Below, piece after piece: positions 61,662 to 64,000 of a stretch of 64,000 nt of DNA. The notes below the pieces were generated by a model. It saw only the letters and a program-made list of their open reading frames with translations, had not been told where the DNA came from and did no database searches. How positions within the stretch are numbered: the first letter of the stretch is position 1; every line of letters starts with the position of its first letter. The translations under genes and the position numbers were made by a program. The stretch spans positions 17,205 through 81,204 of the forward strand of contig CACXKR010000001.1 of assembly GCA_902768335.1 (NCBI GenBank). Direction: 5' to 3'. The stretch comes from an uncultured Erysipelotrichaceae bacterium (GTDB lineage: Bacteria; Bacillota_I; Bacilli_A; RFN20; CAG-826).

Positions 61662-61949
61662 ATGAAAAAGTACGAAATCATGTACATCGTGAAGGACGGA
61701 CTCGAAGAAGAAGCCCGCAAGGCCGAAATCGAAAAACTTCACGCCATTCTTACTAAAGACGGTGCGAAAGTCACTGATGTCAAAGAATGGGGCTTACGTA
61801 ACTTTGCTTATCCAATCAATAAGATGACCAAAGGTTACTATGTTGTTATTAAGGTAACAGCAGACGAAGCTGCTCTTAAAGAGTTCAGCCGTAAAGCCAA
61901 AATTGATGCAAATGTTGTACGCCATTTAATTACTGCCGATAAAGACTAA
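61662..61949 (+). CDS. rpsF: 30S ribosomal protein S6
   Basis: MKKYEIMYIV... Confidence 0.95.
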   Translation: MKKYEIMYIVKDGLEEEARKAEIEKLHAILTKDGAKVTDVKEWGLRNFAYPINKMTKGYYVVIKVTADEAALKEFSRKAKIDANVVRHLITADKD

Positions 61950-61968
61950 TATTGGAGGAATTTAAATT

Positions 61969-62400
61969 ATGTTAAATCGTATCGTTCTTACTGGTCGCTT
62001 AACAAAAGACACAGAATTAAGAAGAACACTTAATGATACCGCTGTTGCATCCTTTACTTTAGCTGTCAATGATGGCTTTAAGGATACAGAAGGCAATCCA
62101 ACTACAACATTTATCGATGTTACTGTCTTTGATAAACAAGCTGATAATGTCGCAAAATACTGCCGTAAAGGTAGTTTAGTCGGCGTTGACGGAAGAATTC
62201 ATCAACGCAGATTCGAAAGAAAAGATGGAACCAAAGGTAGCGTCATTGAAGTCATTGCTAGCCAAGTTACATTCCTTGAACCAAAAGAAAAGGATGAAAG
62301 CGCTGCTAGCCAAGGTTATGTTACTGATATTCAACCACCAGTTGAAGAAAGCAAGAATCTTGATGCAATCGATGTCACCGATGATGACCTTCCATTCTAG
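61969..62400 (+). CDS. ssb: single-stranded DNA-binding protein
   Basis: OB fold and C-terminal DDDLPF tip. Confidence 0.95.
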   Translation: MLNRIVLTGRLTKDTELRRTLNDTAVASFTLAVNDGFKDTEGNPTTTFIDVTVFDKQADNVAKYCRKGSLVGVDGRIHQRRFERKDGTKGSVIEVIASQVTFLEPKEKDESAASQGYVTDIQPPVEESKNLDAIDVTDDDLPF

Positions 62401-62413
62401 TTAAGAAAGGAAA

Positions 62414-62647
62414 TTGATTATGGGATTCAAAAAAGTTAGACCTCATAAGAAATCATGCTATTTTACCAAAAATAAAATCGCATATATTGATTATAAGGAT
62501 GTTGAACTACTTCAAAAGTTCATTACTCCAAATGGAAAAATTGCTTCCCGTCATTCGACAGGAACATGTGCTAAATATCAACGCGAACTCGCTAAAGCGA
62601 TCAAAAACGCTAGATATATGGCCTTACTTCCATTTGTCCAAGACTAA
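62414..62647 (+). CDS. rpsR: 30S ribosomal protein S18
   Basis: [19 protein letters not shown]. Confidence 0.95.
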   Translation: MIMGFKKVRPHKKSCYFTKNKIAYIDYKDVELLQKFITPNGKIASRHSTGTCAKYQRELAKAIKNARYMALLPFVQD

Positions 62648-62748
62648 GTTAACGCTCTTGTTGTTGGACAACAATAATTATCTAACAACCGAGCATTAGT
62701 CGAAGCATATGAAAAGTCCTAAGTCTAGGGCTAAAATCAATGCAAATT

Positions 62749-62777
62749 AAGTCGTCCAAATGGGCGACTTTTTCTTT
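62749..62777 (+). terminator. rho-independent terminator after rpsR
   Basis: AAGTCGTCC-aaat-GGGCGACTT followed by tttcttt. Confidence 0.6.
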
Positions 62778-62827
62778 GTGGCACTTTTGTGACACGTAAC
62801 GCATATAATGTGTGTGAGGTAAATAAT

Positions 62828-64000
62828 ATGAAAAAGAAAGCTTTACTCACTCTAATTATTTCTACAGTTACTATATCAATGTGCGCCGGTATTATCGCTT
62901 TTGCGGGATCAAATGAACTTATTGTTCCATCTCGTGCAGATGATGATTACACATTAACTATCGACGCATCAAATAAATCTAATTTTGTGCAAGATGGAGA
63001 TGTGTATAGAGGTACGTTTAAAACTGGTCTTGGTAATGATATCGTTTTTAAAACGAAATCAGCTCCTTCTACTAAAGAGGGTGTTGCTTTAGAAATGACA
63101 AGCATTGATGATTATTTAATCAACGAAACCCCACTTAGAGGTGTTACAAGAATGGAGGTCACTGGCCATTATTTGCGTGGCACAGGTTTAAGGGCTGACT
63201 ATGCATTATATATTTATTATCTTGCCGATCTTGATATGGCTAATTTAGATAAGGACTCTCTTACAAATTCCACAAATAAAATTTATTCTGTAAAAGAATA
63301 TGATTACACTTATGTTGTAGACACAGGTAATGGCATTGGTAGAGAAGGTAGTGCTTATTATTATATTGGTAACAAAGACTATTTCTATAGTAGTAGTACA
63401 TGGGTAATCGATTCTGTTAAATATTATTTTAGTTGCGAAAGTACGAAAACCTATGTCAGTGTAACGAGTTCTGATTCTTCTTTAGGTAAAGTTAGTATCA
63501 ATAGCGAGACTTTTGTCTCCTCAAGATACACAGTTATTGCTAATGGCACTTCGGTAACCATTCACGCTCTAAGATTAGATGATATTGCCGAAGAAAAATT
63601 TGTTAGTTTCAAGGGCTGGCGATTAAATGGTAGCGAAGGATATATTAGCACTAGCTTAGACTACACATTCGCCACTGTTCAAGATGGTTCTTATAAATTT
63701 GTCGCTGAATTTGTTGAAGCGGAAACTGAATTATTTAGTCATGGTGATCATATTGCTGACGATGATGATCACACATTTGTTTATAGCAAAAAGGCGAAAA
63801 AATATTATTCGATAATTGGAGCAACAGATGGTGGAGGAATATATTCTCACACCCCACAACCAGGCACAAGAAAAGACAATGAGTTGTTTGTTGAAAGACA
63901 TCAATTTGTGCAATATCAATCTTCTTGGATGAGCTACTTTAAACTCAATGCATATAGTCCAACACATGGATATTACGATGTAAAATGGCTTGAAGATGAC
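62828..64000 (+). CDS. secreted/surface protein, 3'-partial, with probable Listeria-Bacteroides (InlB B-type) repeat
   Basis: ATG 62828 with SD TGAGGT. An N-terminal signal/TM (LLTLIISTVTISMCAGIIAFA). The frame is open to the window end (390 codons). An F-x-F-K-G-W motif lies in the segment KFVSFKGWRLNGSEGY. It is missing from the ORF track because no stop falls within the window. Confidence 0.6.
   Translation, partial: MKKKALLTLIISTVTISMCAGIIAFAGSNELIVPSRADDDYTLTIDASNKSNFVQDGDVYRGTFKTGLGNDIVFKTKSAPSTKEGVALEMTSIDDYLINETPLRGVTRMEVTGHYLRGTGLRADYALYIYYLADLDMANLDKDSLTNSTNKIYSVKEYDYTYVVDTGNGIGREGSAYYYIGNKDYFYSSSTWVIDSVKYYFSCESTKTYVSVTSSDSSLGKVSINSETFVSSRYTVIANGTSVTIHALRLDDIAEEKFVSFKGWRLNGSEGYISTSLDYTFATVQDGSYKFVAEFVEAETELFSHGDHIADDDDHTFVYSKKAKKYYSIIGATDGGGIYSHTPQPGTRKDNELFVERHQFVQYQSSWMSYFKLNAYSPTHGYYDVKWLEDD

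Noticed and set aside
62648-62700. Hairpin TTGTTG-ttgga-CAACAA immediately after rpsR
   Set aside because: It has no following U-run, and a better terminator (62749-62777) lies downstream. It is possibly a minor stabilising stem-loop only.

Overview
This window is the chromosomal replication-origin region of a low-GC (about 32-35 % GC) bacterium that uses the standard genetic code. TGA acts as a stop codon and the housekeeping genes are full length. Gene content and order look like a compacted Bacillus-type origin region and suggest a Firmicutes or Acholeplasma/Erysipelotrichia-like organism. On the minus strand the core runs gyrA-gyrB-recF-yaaA-dnaN-dnaA. A DnaA-box cluster (oriC) follows, then on the plus strand rpmH-rnpA-yidC-khpB(jag)-mnmE-tatD-rnmV-rsmA-ispE. 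After that come ppdK, an FGGY kinase, pth-mfd-rqcP(yabO)-tilS-ftsH-dusB-lysS, two mechanosensitive-channel loci, a glmM locus and rpsF-ssb-rpsR. The 5' third (minus strand) carries a polyamine operon, metG, a lipoprotein nuclease, rpmE, pfkA, tldD/pmbA, degV, mscL, and an operon of P-type ATPase-psuG-tetR-Fe-ADH-M50-like protein, followed by tadA and serS. I see no prophage, CRISPR array or insertion sequence. The window is largely ordinary housekeeping DNA, so the findings are modest.

The points worth a second look are:
- A Cro/C1-type helix-turn-helix (HTH) domain fused in frame to phosphoglucosamine mutase GlmM, with a stand-alone GlmU-C-terminal-like acetyltransferase overlapping its 3' end.
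- A single reading frame fusing arginine decarboxylase to agmatine deiminase, immediately followed by N-carbamoylputrescine amidase, which together make the arginine-to-putrescine route.
- A small SRP RNA (ffs) between serS and tadA that the ORF track does not list, supported by a compensatory change at the GGAA tetraloop.
- An mfd 5' end that looks frameshifted or uses a non-ATG start and overlaps pth.
- A site-2-protease-like membrane protein with a degenerate HExxH motif, facing a small HTH protein.
- An MscL with a roughly 75-residue loop insertion.
- A P-type ATPase with a PTGM motif where PEGL is expected.
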